Shown: positions 36,667 to 47,204, numbered from the stretch's first letter. The stretch is DNA of 64,000 nucleotides from an uncultured Bacteroidota bacterium (GCA_902580855.1 CACHMF010000001.1:6319-70318); one strand, 5' to 3'. Notes: generated by a model not told the origin, from the sequence alone. Program-made: numbers and translations.

Positions 36667-37926
36667 ATGAATAAATTAAAAGAACTACTCGGAAAATCCT
36701 TCAAATTGGTGATGTTCATCATCTTCACCATTGCTTGGGCATTATTTGTTTACATCATAGAAGGCGAATGGCTTTACTTTGTCCCATTATTTGTGGCCGA
36801 TGTATTGTTTTGGGAAACCATCAATTGGAAATTCTGGAAGAAACGCGAGAAAAAAGAAAAGAAGAAAAAGAGCGAAGTCAGAAATTGGTTTGATGCCATC
36901 CTATTTGCAGTTATTGCTGCCACTCTACTTCGCACATTCTTAATCGAAGCGTATACCATCCCTACCTCATCCATGGAGAAATCCCTTTTAGTAGGCGATT
37001 TCCTTTTTGTGAGTAAAGTAAGTTATGGCCCTAGAGTGCCGAATACTCCAGTAGCATTTCCTTTAGTACATCACACTTTACCAGGAACAAACACCAAAGC
37101 GTTTTCTGACATTGTACAATGGCCTTACTACCGCATGAAGGGATTAGGTGAAATTGAACGAAACGATTGCGTAGTATTTAACTATCCTACAGATGATATT
37201 CAGCATCCAGAAAGGCCTGTAGACAAAAAGGAAAACTACATCAAAAGGTGTGTTGGTATACCTGGAGATGTGTTGGAAATCAAAGCATCTGAATTGTATG
37301 TTAATGGCGAGCCGCAAGCGAGAACAGAAGACATGCGCACCCAGTTCAGCTACCATGTAAAAACGGATAAAACAGGGCTAAACCCAAAGATATTACTAAA
37401 ACACGACATCACAGAGGGCGGATTAGTCTCTGCTAATGGCGATTACATCTTACACCTCAACGAAAACAACCAACCAATCGTTGAAAAATTTGCCAATGTG
37501 AAAAGTGTAAAGCGTATGGTTGAGCCAAGTGGAAAACGCGATGCTCAAGTATTCCCTCACTCGGAAGATTATGCCTGGAACATTGATAACTTCGGACCAC
37601 TTACTGTTCCTTCAAAAGGAAGCTCTGTAGCACTTAACTCCACCAATTTACCAATGTACGAGCGCATCATTGAAGTATATGAACAAAACAGCCTAGAGGT
37701 GAAAGGTGATGAAATTTACATCAATGGTGAGTTAGCAACAAGCTACACCTTCCAAATGGATTACTATTGGATGATGGGTGACAACAGGCATAACTCATTA
37801 GACAGTCGTTTTTGGGGTTTTGTTCCAGAAGACCATGTGGTTGGAAAGGCACTATTTATTTGGATGAGTTGGGATAAAAACAATGGAAAAGTGCGTTGGG
37901 ATCGCTTGTTCAATGGAATCAACTAA
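36667..37926 (+). CDS. lepB: Signal peptidase I
   Basis: 419 aa. Catalytic Ser box IPTSSMEKSL, Lys box YIKRCVGIPGD, and GDNRHNSLDSRFWGFV. Confidence 0.9.
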   Translation: MNKLKELLGKSFKLVMFIIFTIAWALFVYIIEGEWLYFVPLFVADVLFWETINWKFWKKREKKEKKKKSEVRNWFDAILFAVIAATLLRTFLIEAYTIPTSSMEKSLLVGDFLFVSKVSYGPRVPNTPVAFPLVHHTLPGTNTKAFSDIVQWPYYRMKGLGEIERNDCVVFNYPTDDIQHPERPVDKKENYIKRCVGIPGDVLEIKASELYVNGEPQARTEDMRTQFSYHVKTDKTGLNPKILLKHDITEGGLVSANGDYILHLNENNQPIVEKFANVKSVKRMVEPSGKRDAQVFPHSEDYAWNIDNFGPLTVPSKGSSVALNSTNLPMYERIIEVYEQNSLEVKGDEIYINGELATSYTFQMDYYWMMGDNRHNSLDSRFWGFVPEDHVVGKALFIWMSWDKNNGKVRWDRLFNGIN

Positions 37927-38515
37927 GCAAGTTTTATTACCCACTGCCTATTGGGGTTCTATCGCCTATCAGGCATACCTTTTACAACACGATTGCCTCA
38001 TAGAGGTAAACGAGCATTTTGTGAAGCAATCTATTCGTAGCAGATGCCAAATTTTGGGAGCTAACAAACCCCTCACGCTCAATGTGCCACGTGTACGAAA
38101 AAGCAGTAGCAAAACCGCTGTAAAAGACCTCTACATCAATTACGACCACCCTTGGCAAAAGGAACATTGGCAAAGCATGATGAGCGCCTATCGCTCCTCT
38201 CCTTACTTTGAGTATTATGAGGACGAACTAGCACCGCTTTATGAAGAGAAAGCCAACACATTGCTGGAGCTCAATACTAGGATACAGCACAAGCTTTTTG
38301 AATTGCTAAGCATTAACAAAGAATTACAGTTCACTACTTCTTACCAAAAAGAATTTGAGAGCTTGGATTTGCGAAGCCATCATTTTGTGACGGATTGCCC
38401 AAGCTACACGCAGGTCTTTGGCACAGAGTTCACTCCTAACCTTTCTATTTTAGATTTACTATTTAACGAGGGTCCAAACAGCGAAACATATTTACTAGAG
38501 CTCTCTCTTAAATAA
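37913..38515 (+). CDS. WbqC-family protein
   Basis: The internal ATG at 37913 (MESTKQVLLPTAYWGS...) is preferred over the ORF-track start at 37883. Family assignment comes from pattern and from the conserved position after lepB. Confidence 0.55.
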   Translation: MESTKQVLLPTAYWGSIAYQAYLLQHDCLIEVNEHFVKQSIRSRCQILGANKPLTLNVPRVRKSSSKTAVKDLYINYDHPWQKEHWQSMMSAYRSSPYFEYYEDELAPLYEEKANTLLELNTRIQHKLFELLSINKELQFTTSYQKEFESLDLRSHHFVTDCPSYTQVFGTEFTPNLSILDLLFNEGPNSETYLLELSLK

Positions 38516-38532
38516 TTCCTATTTTTGAGCCC

Positions 38533-40161
38533 ATGAACATAGAATTCAACAAAAACGAAGACAAGATGAAATTGCTCATTTCTGAAATGAATCAGAAGTT
38601 GCAGCAAATTCACTTAGGTGGTGGAAAGAAAAAAATTGAAAAGCAGCACGCCAAAGGCAAACTCACTGCTCGCGAGCGTATCGACTTTTTAATCGATAAA
38701 AACTCCGACTTTTTAGAGTTGGGCGCTTTTGTTGGAGAAGGAATGTACAAGGAGCATGGCGGCTGTCCTTCTGGGGGAGTCGTGATGGGAATTGGCTATG
38801 TAAGCGGAAAGCAATGCATGATTGTAGCCAATGATGCCACTGTAAAAGCAGGCGCATGGTTTCCTATTACCGCCAAAAAGAATTTAAGAGCGCAAGAGAT
38901 TGCCATGGAAAATCGCCTACCCATCATCTATTTGGTAGATAGCGCAGGGGTTTACCTCCCTATGCAAGATGAAATTTTCCCAGACAAAGAGCACTTCGGT
39001 CGTATCTTTAGAAACAATGCAGTTATGTCTTCCATGGGCATTACACAGATTTCTGCTGTAATGGGCTCTTGCGTAGCGGGTGGCGCCTACCTCCCTATCA
39101 TGAGTGATGAAGCCTTAATCGTTAACAAAACGGGCACTATCTTTTTGGCAGGAAGCTATTTGGTAAAAGCGGCCATTGGCGAGGACATCGACAACGAAAC
39201 ATTAGGCGGTGCTACTACGCACTGCGAAATATCAGGAGTAACCGATTACAAATCGGAAGATGACAAAGATTGCCTCAACACCATCCGTAGCATTATGGAT
39301 AAGGTGGGTGACTTTGAGAAAGCAGGATTTAACAGAATAGAAGCTGCTGCTCCTAAAAAAGACGAAAAAGAACTCTACGGCATCATGCCAGCAGAAAGAG
39401 CTAAGCCCTACCAAACAATGGACATCATTGAGCGCTTGGTAGACAAGTCTGAGTTTGAAGAATACAAAGCTGGTTTCGGCCAATCCATTGTATGTGGCTA
39501 TGCCCGTATTGATGGCTGGGCGGTTGGTATCGTTGCCAATCAGCGCCAGATTGTGAAAAGCAAAAAAGGCGAAATGCAGTTTGGGGGTGTTATCTATTCC
39601 GACTCTGCCGATAAAGCCAGCCGCTTCATTGCCAACTGCAATCAAAAGAAAATACCATTGGTGTTTGTACAGGATGTAACAGGCTTTATGGTGGGTTCTC
39701 GCTCCGAGCACGGAGGCATCATTAAAGACGGCGCTAAAATGGTGAATGCCATGAGTAATTCGGTCGTACCGAAATTTACCATTGTGATGGGTAACTCTTA
39801 CGGAGCAGGAAACTACGCTATGTGTGGAAAGGCCTACGATCCTCGCTTGATTGTAGCTTGGCCAACAGCACAAATTGCGGTGATGGGAGGCGCACAAGCC
39901 GCTAAGGTTTTACTTCAAATTGAAAAGGCATCACTCAAAGCAAAAGGAGAAGAGATTGATGAAAAAGCAGAACAAAAACTGCTCAAAACGATCACCGAAC
40001 GATACAATGAGCAAACCTCTCCTTACTATGCTGCTTCTCGTTTGTGGGTAGATGCCATCATTGACCCTTTAGAAACCAGAAAAGTGATTTCTATGGGAAT
40101 AGAGGCTGCTAACAATGCACCTTTAGAGAAAGCGTATAATCCAGGAATTATCCAAGCGTAA
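38533..40161 (+). CDS. Acyl-CoA carboxylase carboxyltransferase (beta) subunit, methylcrotonyl-/propionyl-CoA carboxylase type
   Basis: 542 aa. Two crotonase-like CT halves (GKLTARERID..., MGSCVAGGAY, GNSYGAGNYAM). Confidence 0.85.
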   Translation: MNIEFNKNEDKMKLLISEMNQKLQQIHLGGGKKKIEKQHAKGKLTARERIDFLIDKNSDFLELGAFVGEGMYKEHGGCPSGGVVMGIGYVSGKQCMIVANDATVKAGAWFPITAKKNLRAQEIAMENRLPIIYLVDSAGVYLPMQDEIFPDKEHFGRIFRNNAVMSSMGITQISAVMGSCVAGGAYLPIMSDEALIVNKTGTIFLAGSYLVKAAIGEDIDNETLGGATTHCEISGVTDYKSEDDKDCLNTIRSIMDKVGDFEKAGFNRIEAAAPKKDEKELYGIMPAERAKPYQTMDIIERLVDKSEFEEYKAGFGQSIVCGYARIDGWAVGIVANQRQIVKSKKGEMQFGGVIYSDSADKASRFIANCNQKKIPLVFVQDVTGFMVGSRSEHGGIIKDGAKMVNAMSNSVVPKFTIVMGNSYGAGNYAMCGKAYDPRLIVAWPTAQIAVMGGAQAAKVLLQIEKASLKAKGEEIDEKAEQKLLKTITERYNEQTSPYYAASRLWVDAIIDPLETRKVISMGIEAANNAPLEKAYNPGIIQA

Positions 40162-40186
40162 AGAGGTGAAATAAAAAAGACATATC

Positions 40187-40429
40187 GTGATGTTACTTAC
40201 GATAGCGTCTATTTTACTTGCACCACTTATTGCTATGCAGTTTAGCACAGAAGTGCAATGGACTGCAGGAGATTTCATCATCGCTGCCATACTACTCAGT
40301 TCCTTTGCTTTACTGATTGAGTTTCTGATTCGTAAAAAACAGCAAGGAAAACGCAGAACTGTACTCATCCTATTAGCTATACTCACCTTCCTACTCCTTT
40401 GGGGAGAAATGGCTGTAGGCTTATTATAA
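40187..40429 (+). CDS. Small hypothetical membrane protein
   Basis: 80 aa, GTG/ATG start at 40187/40190. Three hydrophobic segments separated by the basic loop RKKQQGKRR. No family recognised. Confidence 0.4.
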   Translation: MMLLTIASILLAPLIAMQFSTEVQWTAGDFIIAAILLSSFALLIEFLIRKKQQGKRRTVLILLAILTFLLLWGEMAVGLL

Positions 40430-40455
40430 AAAAGGCCCTTCCGGGGCCTCTTTTA
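40427..40455. terminator. Bidirectional intrinsic terminator between convergent genes
   Basis: AGGCCC / TTCCG / GGGCCT flanked by A6 upstream and CTTTT downstream. Confidence 0.7.
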
Positions 40456-40459
40456 TTAT

Positions 40460-43400
40460 TTATTGCTTTATCAGCTTATGTATTTTGGATTTATGATCTT
40501 TAGTTACTTCTATTAGATACATTCCTGCAGGTAAATTATTGTCTAAATAAACAACCTCATTATTATATATTTCCTTTTCAAAAATAATTTGCCCTAATGC
40601 ATTTTGAAGCTTAACTATTGCCTCACCATTATTCTGAATAAACAGATTGTTTACAAATGGATTTGGGTAAATCCTAACAAAGGACGATTCCTCTTCAACA
40701 CCAGTAGCTACTCCTAATACATTTCCTGTTGGCAGTTTGATTTCATCTAGCCATGCACAATCGTCATTCTCGGCTACTAAAGCATCTTTTTCATAAGCCC
40801 ATTTAAATGTATGCACCCCTGGATTTACCGCAAAAGATTCTTTTGTCCAATCTTCCAAACCGCTCCATTGCCCTTGCTGATTTCCATCAATGTAAAATCG
40901 CAAATAATCGTACCAAGGCTCCGAAGAAACTTTTCTAAAGAAAGCAACTGAATCGTTGTATAATACATCTACTTGTATTTCTAACACACTGTTTTGATTA
41001 TTAGACACATCTCCTGATTGCGAACAATAATCACCCTCAAAAGGCAAATAAGTAGTCGTGAACCAAGGCTCATCCCCTAACATTTGCCAAGCAAAAAGCA
41101 TGAAATCATTCGTTTCAAAATCTTCTAACATCAAGTTGATTTCTAAATCAAAAGATTGATTCAAAACATATGGCCCTGCTGTTACCGTGTAATCAAAAGT
41201 AGCTATCGTTCCAATTGGCACTGCTGGATCTACGGTTACATTAAACACAACATCTACATCATCCAAGGCTGGAATAGTACCCACATTTACTGAAGGAGTA
41301 TTGATGGTTACATAAGGACAGCTTGTTGTTAAAGTAGCTGTAATATTCGCTGCAGGTCCCGTTCCTAAATTTGGCGTTTTAATAACTAAATCTGCATTTT
41401 CCGAGTCATCTAAAACACCATTATCATCTCCAGAAGCAGAGTCATCTACATTACAAGATGCGTTGTTAAAAACCGGAGCATGCAAAGGCATTGTAAACTG
41501 ACCGTTCCACACGTTTCCTGCATTATCTGTAATGTCAATCGTAAAATCTACATCGTGTAAATCAGTAATATTATTGTTTATGGAAAGACTAAATGCAGCT
41601 GTTCCTGTAGACACTCCCCCATTAGATATAGTTCCAAAACTGTAAGAGTTTGTTAATATCGTAACATTTGGGTCGGCTGTAGATAGTATGGCAGAAACAG
41701 CATTTGCTGGAGCCACACCTACATTTGCCAATACAACATCTAAACTAACTGTTTCACCATAATCGGCTTGTTGATTGTTGTTAGCAGCAGCATCATTAAC
41801 CACATAAGAATCTTGTACTACCCAAGGACCAGTTGGCACAATCGTTAAAGCATAACCCAAATATGGCATGTTGTTAAAATCAGTAACCGTCACATACACT
41901 GTATCTAATGAGGTTAAAGCACTGAAATTCACGGTCACCTGACCTCCGTTAATATATCCTGTTCCTATAATTTCTCCATTCACTGTTAAAGAAACTAAAG
42001 CATCATCCTCATTACAGTTAACATCTAATGATGTTGCTCCCATCATCAAAGTATTGGCGTGTGTAACCGTCATTGGAGCAGGATTATCTGTTCTTACAAT
42101 TACTGATGGGTCTCCAAACAAAGTCCAAGTATCTGTCATTTCATCGCCTTGACCCCCATATTCGTCATTCATCAACATACATCCGTTAAAAGAAAGCCCT
42201 CCAAAAGAACGCTTAATATTAGTGCTGTACGATTCTATTAGAATGTCATTAAACTCATCTTGCGCAGACATTGGCGGATTCCAACTTTGATTGATCGTAG
42301 ACATCATCGCTGCAACAGAACCTGTTGGCCTGTCAAAAGTTCCCATATTAGCCCTCAACCATGCTTCTGCAAAACAAGTCTGAGAGGTAAAGTTTCCATT
42401 AACACAAGCTACTGACCAAATAAAAGGCCACATACCGTCATTTGTCAAGTTATTGATATTAGAAATATCAAAACCTGTTGTTGCAAAAGAATAATCGCTA
42501 CCATGACCTGTATAGTTAATAACTCCCGCACCAGAATTTAACACATTGGATAAATCCATGGATGATGGATTTCCAGCAGCATCAATAGATCCTGGATAAG
42601 TACCACCTTCATAAAACTCAAAAACATCAGTATAGGTAAACCCTAATAAATCAGCTTTAATATTCATGTTGTGATGCCAATCTGCTTCTCCGTCATCTCC
42701 CATTCCAGTAGGTGGGTTGTTTGGATCAGTAGAGGAAGTTCCATCTTCTGAACCAATTCCTACTCCAACTTTTGCCCAGTCATCTGCGGCATCAGGGTAT
42801 TTTTCGTACTGTATGGTTCGATATATCATAGTTTTAGCCTCATCTTCTGTTTCTGCCGAAAAACGCCCCATAAACAAATCAGGGTAATGATCTCCCCCCA
42901 CTATGTATGCGTAATTGTTATCCGAATCTCCTGCCGAAGTAGAAGAAGAGGGAACATAAGCATGGTCGCCAACCAACAACACATACGCTAAGTTTGAATT
43001 AGTATTAAACTCATTTTCTACAAATGTTTTAATTGCATTAGCTCCTCCAATGTTAGATACATCTTCAGTTGTCACATGGATCCCTTTTAGTTTTTTCCAT
43101 TTAATGAATGGTTGTAAGGCGTTCCAAAAATCTTGATGATAAATGATTAACATATCTCCTTGTTCGGAAACTGGATTATACATCATTGCAGATTTCGTCA
43201 AAGAGTAATTAACAAAATGCTTCTCATAAATCCACTCGAAATCCTTAGTTATAGTATTAGGGAATGTATTTCTACTCAATGTATTAACTCCATAAGTATC
43301 TTTTACAGAAATCTTAAGTTGAATATTTTCATACACTCTAAGAGTTTTTTGAACAGGATTATACTGAAATGGATATATCACAGCTGTTTGCCCTCTAAAA

Positions 43401-43840
43401 TCTCTTACAATATGAGGCGTTCTTAATTCAGCCACCTCTCCTGGGAAAAAAGCATCTTTTTGATAAACCTCTCCATGCTTTAAAGCAACTGTAGCTGGAT
43501 CTATATTTCTGTATAAATTTCCTTTTGAAGGTAAAATATCCACATTATGATACTCCTGAAAAGATGAGGAAACCACTTCTATCTTCATTCTTGCCTGGTC
43601 AGGTATGATAATAGACTTTGTGAGTTTCAACAAATTTGGAGCCCCTTCTTGTAGCAAGGGTGTACCATCTTTAAACAAAAGTTCCCCTTCAGATATACTC
43701 CATGTACCTAACTCAACAGAAATCACTGTTTCTTGCAAATTAGAATGCTCAACAATTACAGTCGTTTCTTCTGCAATAGCCTTAAATGAAGTGATTGTAA
43801 AAAAAGCTAAAAACAAAACAATTACTCTTCTCATAATCAA
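40460..43840 (-). CDS. Gingipain-like cysteine peptidase (family C25) with adhesin/MAM-like modules and type A T9SS C-terminal domain
   Basis: 1126 aa. Signal peptide, propeptide-like N-terminus, catalytic His context INYTGHGS and Cys context IWSVACVNGNF, and C-terminal tail IYPNPFVNNLFI...GMYLIEVT. Confidence 0.8.
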   Translation of the reverse strand: MIMRRVIVLFLAFFTITSFKAIAEETTVIVEHSNLQETVISVELGTWSISEGELLFKDGTPLLQEGAPNLLKLTKSIIIPDQARMKIEVVSSSFQEYHNVDILPSKGNLYRNIDPATVALKHGEVYQKDAFFPGEVAELRTPHIVRDFRGQTAVIYPFQYNPVQKTLRVYENIQLKISVKDTYGVNTLSRNTFPNTITKDFEWIYEKHFVNYSLTKSAMMYNPVSEQGDMLIIYHQDFWNALQPFIKWKKLKGIHVTTEDVSNIGGANAIKTFVENEFNTNSNLAYVLLVGDHAYVPSSSTSAGDSDNNYAYIVGGDHYPDLFMGRFSAETEDEAKTMIYRTIQYEKYPDAADDWAKVGVGIGSEDGTSSTDPNNPPTGMGDDGEADWHHNMNIKADLLGFTYTDVFEFYEGGTYPGSIDAAGNPSSMDLSNVLNSGAGVINYTGHGSDYSFATTGFDISNINNLTNDGMWPFIWSVACVNGNFTSQTCFAEAWLRANMGTFDRPTGSVAAMMSTINQSWNPPMSAQDEFNDILIESYSTNIKRSFGGLSFNGCMLMNDEYGGQGDEMTDTWTLFGDPSVIVRTDNPAPMTVTHANTLMMGATSLDVNCNEDDALVSLTVNGEIIGTGYINGGQVTVNFSALTSLDTVYVTVTDFNNMPYLGYALTIVPTGPWVVQDSYVVNDAAANNNQQADYGETVSLDVVLANVGVAPANAVSAILSTADPNVTILTNSYSFGTISNGGVSTGTAAFSLSINNNITDLHDVDFTIDITDNAGNVWNGQFTMPLHAPVFNNASCNVDDSASGDDNGVLDDSENADLVIKTPNLGTGPAANITATLTTSCPYVTINTPSVNVGTIPALDDVDVVFNVTVDPAVPIGTIATFDYTVTAGPYVLNQSFDLEINLMLEDFETNDFMLFAWQMLGDEPWFTTTYLPFEGDYCSQSGDVSNNQNSVLEIQVDVLYNDSVAFFRKVSSEPWYDYLRFYIDGNQQGQWSGLEDWTKESFAVNPGVHTFKWAYEKDALVAENDDCAWLDEIKLPTGNVLGVATGVEEESSFVRIYPNPFVNNLFIQNNGEAIVKLQNALGQIIFEKEIYNNEVVYLDNNLPAGMYLIEVTKDHKSKIHKLIKQ

Positions 43841-43969
43841 ATTTTTACCGATGTAAATTTACTATTTCCTTAACAAATATCAATGTTCCTAAATTGAATA
43901 ACAATCCCTACTCTTTAATTCTTACGCTTTCAAACGAAATTTACGATTAAAAAATCCTGACCATTTTCT

Positions 43970-43977
43970 TATATTTG
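43970..43977 (+). promoter_or_regulatory. -7 box (TATATTTG) upstream of thrS
   Basis: Exact TAnnTTTG 19 nt upstream of the ATG at 43997. Confidence 0.4.
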
Positions 43978-43996
43978 CCCTCTAATTTTTAGATGG

Positions 43997-45937
43997 ATGA
44001 TCAATATTACGCTTCCGGACGGAACAGTCAAGCAAATGGAGCAAGGTGCTACAGCAATGGATGTTGCTAAAAGCATCAGCGAAGGATTGGCTAGAAATGT
44101 ATTGGCCGCAGAGGTAAACGGTGAAGTATGGGATGCCACACGAACCCTTTCCGAAGATTGCTCTGTAAACTTGCTTACCTGGAACGATGCCAATGGTAAA
44201 ATGGCCATGTGGCACTCTTCTGCCCACCTTATGGCAGAGGCTTTGGAAGCTTTATACCCTGGTATTAAATTGGCTATTGGCCCTCCTATCGAAAATGGTT
44301 TTTACTACGATATCGATCTAGGAGAACATAGCATCTCTTCGGATGATTTTCCGAAAATTGAAAAGAAGATGTTGGAACTAGCTCGTGAGAAAAACGACTA
44401 CATCCGCAAAGATATTTCTAAGGAAGATGCCATTGCTTTTTACCAAGAAAAAGGCGATGAGTATAAACTAGAGTTACTAGAGGGTTTAGAGGATGGAAAC
44501 ATCACTTTTTACACCCAAGGTAACTTCACAGATTTATGTCGTGGACCACACATTCCAAACACAGGCTTTATCAAAGCAGCAAAGCTTTTAAATATTGCCG
44601 GTGCTTATTGGAGAGGTGACGAAAACAACAAGCAATTAACGCGTATTTACGGCATCACTTTCCCAAAGCAAAAGGAGCTGACACAGCACTTAGAAATGCT
44701 AGAGGAAGCTAAAAAGCGCGACCACAGAAAACTTGGAAAGGAATTGGAGCTTTTCACTTTCTCTCAAAAGGTAGGACAAGGTTTGCCATTGTGGCTACCA
44801 AAAGGTACTGCGCTTAGAGAAAGACTAGAAAATTTCTTGAAAAAAGCACAAAAGAAATCGGGGTACGATCAGGTGATTACACCACACATCGCTAACAAAG
44901 ATTTGTATGTATGCTCTGGTCACTACGCTAAGTATGGAGAGGATTCTTTTCAACCTATCAATACTCCTGCTGAAGGCGAAGAGTTTTTGTTAAAACCCAT
45001 GAACTGCCCTCACCACTGTGAGATTTACAAAACGAAACCGAGATCGTACAAAGATTTACCAATTCGTTTTGCAGAGTTCGGAACGGTTTACCGTTACGAG
45101 CAGAGCGGAGAGCTTTCTGGCCTAACAAGAGTTAGAGGATTTACGCAAGATGATGCACACATTTTCTGCACACAAGAGCAGGTAAAAGAGGAATTTATCA
45201 AAGTAATTGACTTGGTACTTTACATCTTTAAAACGCTAAGTTTTGAAGAATTTACAGCTCAAATTTCCTTGAGAGATCCAGACAATCCAGACAAATACAT
45301 CGGTTCTACTGAGAACTGGGACAAAGCAGAAGCGGCCATTATTGAAGCCACTGTAGAAAAAGGATTAAAGACTGTTGTGGAATATGGAGAAGCCGCTTTT
45401 TACGGTCCTAAACTAGACTTTATGGTGAAGGATGCGCTAGGGAGAAGCTGGCAATTAGGAACCATTCAAGTTGATTACAACTTACCTGAACGATTTGAGT
45501 TGGAATATGTAGGTTCTGACAACCAAAACCACCGCCCAGTAATGATACACCGTGCACCTTTCGGTTCTATGGAACGATTTGTAGCCGTATTACTAGAACA
45601 CTGCGCTGGAAACTTCCCATTGTGGCTAACTCCTCAGCAGGCTATCATCCTGCCTATCAGCGAAAAATATCACGATTACGCAGAAAAGGTTTTAAATCTG
45701 CTAAATAATTCCGATATTCGCGCCCTCGTTGACGAGCGTGCTGAAAAGGCCGGTCGCAAGATTAGAGACGCTGAAGTGAGCAAGATACCTTACATGCTAA
45801 TTGTAGGAGAAAAAGAGGCGAGCGAAGGAACAGTGTCTGTAAGAAAGCACGGAGGTGAGGACTTGGGTAGCCAAAAATTGGAAGATTTTGTACAGCTCAT
45901 AACCAAAGAAGTAGAGTCGTTAACGACATTTAAATAA
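43997..45937 (+). CDS. thrS: Threonine--tRNA ligase
   Basis: 646 aa. TGS domain start MINITLPDG, editing domain HSSAHLMA, and class II motifs ([26 protein letters not shown]). Confidence 0.95.
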   Translation: MINITLPDGTVKQMEQGATAMDVAKSISEGLARNVLAAEVNGEVWDATRTLSEDCSVNLLTWNDANGKMAMWHSSAHLMAEALEALYPGIKLAIGPPIENGFYYDIDLGEHSISSDDFPKIEKKMLELAREKNDYIRKDISKEDAIAFYQEKGDEYKLELLEGLEDGNITFYTQGNFTDLCRGPHIPNTGFIKAAKLLNIAGAYWRGDENNKQLTRIYGITFPKQKELTQHLEMLEEAKKRDHRKLGKELELFTFSQKVGQGLPLWLPKGTALRERLENFLKKAQKKSGYDQVITPHIANKDLYVCSGHYAKYGEDSFQPINTPAEGEEFLLKPMNCPHHCEIYKTKPRSYKDLPIRFAEFGTVYRYEQSGELSGLTRVRGFTQDDAHIFCTQEQVKEEFIKVIDLVLYIFKTLSFEEFTAQISLRDPDNPDKYIGSTENWDKAEAAIIEATVEKGLKTVVEYGEAAFYGPKLDFMVKDALGRSWQLGTIQVDYNLPERFELEYVGSDNQNHRPVMIHRAPFGSMERFVAVLLEHCAGNFPLWLTPQQAIILPISEKYHDYAEKVLNLLNNSDIRALVDERAEKAGRKIRDAEVSKIPYMLIVGEKEASEGTVSVRKHGGEDLGSQKLEDFVQLITKEVESLTTFK

Positions 45938-45957
45938 TTAATCAATAGTTTACAACT

Positions 45958-46509
45958 ATCGCAATAAGAAGAAAAAACTTCAGAAGAAGAAAGCCGGAAG
46001 AAGCGGCACACAAAATTAATCAACACATTATAGCTCAAGAGGTGCGTGTAGTTGGTGAAAATGTAGAGGTAGGTGTTTACCACATTACACAAGCCATGAA
46101 AATGGCTAAAGAGCAAGAGCTTGATTTGGTAGAAATTTCACCGAAAGCCGATCCGCCGGTGTGTAAAATTATTGATTACAAAAAGTTCTTATATGACCAA
46201 AAAAAGAAGCAAAAGGCTATTAAAGCAAATGCAGTAAAAACAGTTATTAAAGAAATTCGTTTTGGTCCAAACACTGAAGAGCACGACTTGAATTTTAAAA
46301 CAAAGCATGCTATCAAGTTTTTGGAAGAAGGCTCAAAAGTAAAAGCTTTTGTATTCTTTAGAGGCAGAAGTATTATCTTTAAAGATCAGGGTGAAATTTT
46401 ATTACTAAAATTTGCTCAGGCCGTAGAAGAATATGGCGTTGTAGAACAGATGCCAAAACTAGAGGGGAAGCGAATGACTATGTTTATTGCTCCTAAAAAG
46501 AAAAAGTAA
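45958..46509 (+). CDS. infC: Translation initiation factor IF-3, probable non-canonical start (ATC 45958 or ATA 45964)
   Basis: The frame is open from the TAG at 45946. The conserved N-domain sequence [17 protein letters not shown] lies upstream of the first ATG/GTG/TTG (46042), so the true start must be a near-cognate codon. Confidence 0.75.
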   Translation: MAIRRKNFRRRKPEEAAHKINQHIIAQEVRVVGENVEVGVYHITQAMKMAKEQELDLVEISPKADPPVCKIIDYKKFLYDQKKKQKAIKANAVKTVIKEIRFGPNTEEHDLNFKTKHAIKFLEEGSKVKAFVFFRGRSIIFKDQGEILLLKFAQAVEEYGVVEQMPKLEGKRMTMFIAPKKKK

Positions 46510-46529
46510 ATCATTAAACAAGCGAAATA

Positions 46530-46724
46530 ATGCCAAAGATGAAAACAAAATCTAGTGCGAAGAAGCGTTTTAAGCTTACAGGTACTGGTAAAATCAAAAG
46601 GAAGCACGCTTTTAAAAGTCACATTTTGACTAAAAAAGAGACTAAGCAAAAGCGTAACTTAACAAAAACTGGATTAGTACACGAGTCTGATGTAGCAAGC
46701 ATTAAGCAACAATTGTGTATTTGA
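46530..46724 (+). CDS. rpmI: 50S ribosomal protein L35
   Basis: 64 aa. [31 protein letters not shown]. Confidence 0.95.
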   Translation: MPKMKTKSSAKKRFKLTGTGKIKRKHAFKSHILTKKETKQKRNLTKTGLVHESDVASIKQQLCI

Positions 46725-46761
46725 TTTAACAATTTTTAACCAGGTTTTTAGCTCATCAAGT

Positions 46762-46777
46762 TCTCCTAAAAAGGAGG
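46762..46777 (+). promoter_or_regulatory. Small hairpin pairing CTCCT with AGGAG (SD-like AAGGAGG) in the rpmI-rplT spacer
   Basis: CTCCT (46763-46767) / AAAA / AGGAG (46772-46776). The SD-like run ends 25 nt before the rplT ATG, which is too far for a normal SD. Confidence 0.4.
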
Positions 46778-46802
46778 CGCTACCAACCAAAAACAACAAA
46801 TT

Positions 46803-47150
46803 ATGCCAAGATCAGTAAATGCTGTAGCAGCAAAGGCAAGAAGAAAAAAGGTGCTTAAAGCAGCTAAAGGTTACTTCGGCCGAAGAAAAAATGTACATAC
46901 TGTAGCAAAGAATGCAGTAGAAAAAGCAATGCAATACGCTTACATCGGACGTAAGCAAAAGAAAAGAAACTTCCGTTCATTATGGATTCAGCGTATTAAC
47001 GCAGGTGCAAGAGAGCACGGAATGTCATACTCTAACTTTATGGGAGCAGTTGCAAAAAAAGGAATAGCTCTTAATCGTAAAGTATTAGCCGATTTGGCTA
47101 TGAACCATCCAACTGCTTTTAAAGCAATTGTAGATGAAGTGAAAAAATAA
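46803..47150 (+). CDS. rplT: 50S ribosomal protein L20
   Basis: 115 aa. [30 protein letters not shown]. Confidence 0.95.
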   Translation: MPRSVNAVAAKARRKKVLKAAKGYFGRRKNVHTVAKNAVEKAMQYAYIGRKQKKRNFRSLWIQRINAGAREHGMSYSNFMGAVAKKGIALNRKVLADLAMNHPTAFKAIVDEVKK

Positions 47151-47170
47151 GTCTTATTTAATGATGAGAA

Positions 47171-47200
47171 AAAAAGCCGTTCGTTTTAACGGTTTTTTTT
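47171..47200 (+). terminator. Rho-independent terminator after rplT
   Basis: AGCCGTT / CGTTTT / AACGGTT followed by a T8 run. Confidence 0.7.
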
Positions 47201-47204
47201 ATTG

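Noticed and set aside
39232-39897. Long antisense ORFs inside recognisable genes. Examples are 221 aa at 39232-39897, 171 aa at 560-1075, 149 aa at 14119-14568, 147 aa at 20224-20667, 144 aa at 35435-35869 and 116 aa at 33740-34090.
   Set aside because: Each is fully embedded opposite a gene with unmistakable family motifs (carboxyltransferase, P-type ATPase, maf, nhaC, DUF5683/parB, parA). Each has odd, low-complexity composition and no promoter or terminator context. They are best explained as chance open frames.
43969-44227. Two overlapping - strand ORFs (79 and 81 aa) across the thrS start.
   Set aside because: They overlap the conserved TGS-domain coding region of thrS and its promoter box, and they have no recognisable features. 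They are likely spurious.
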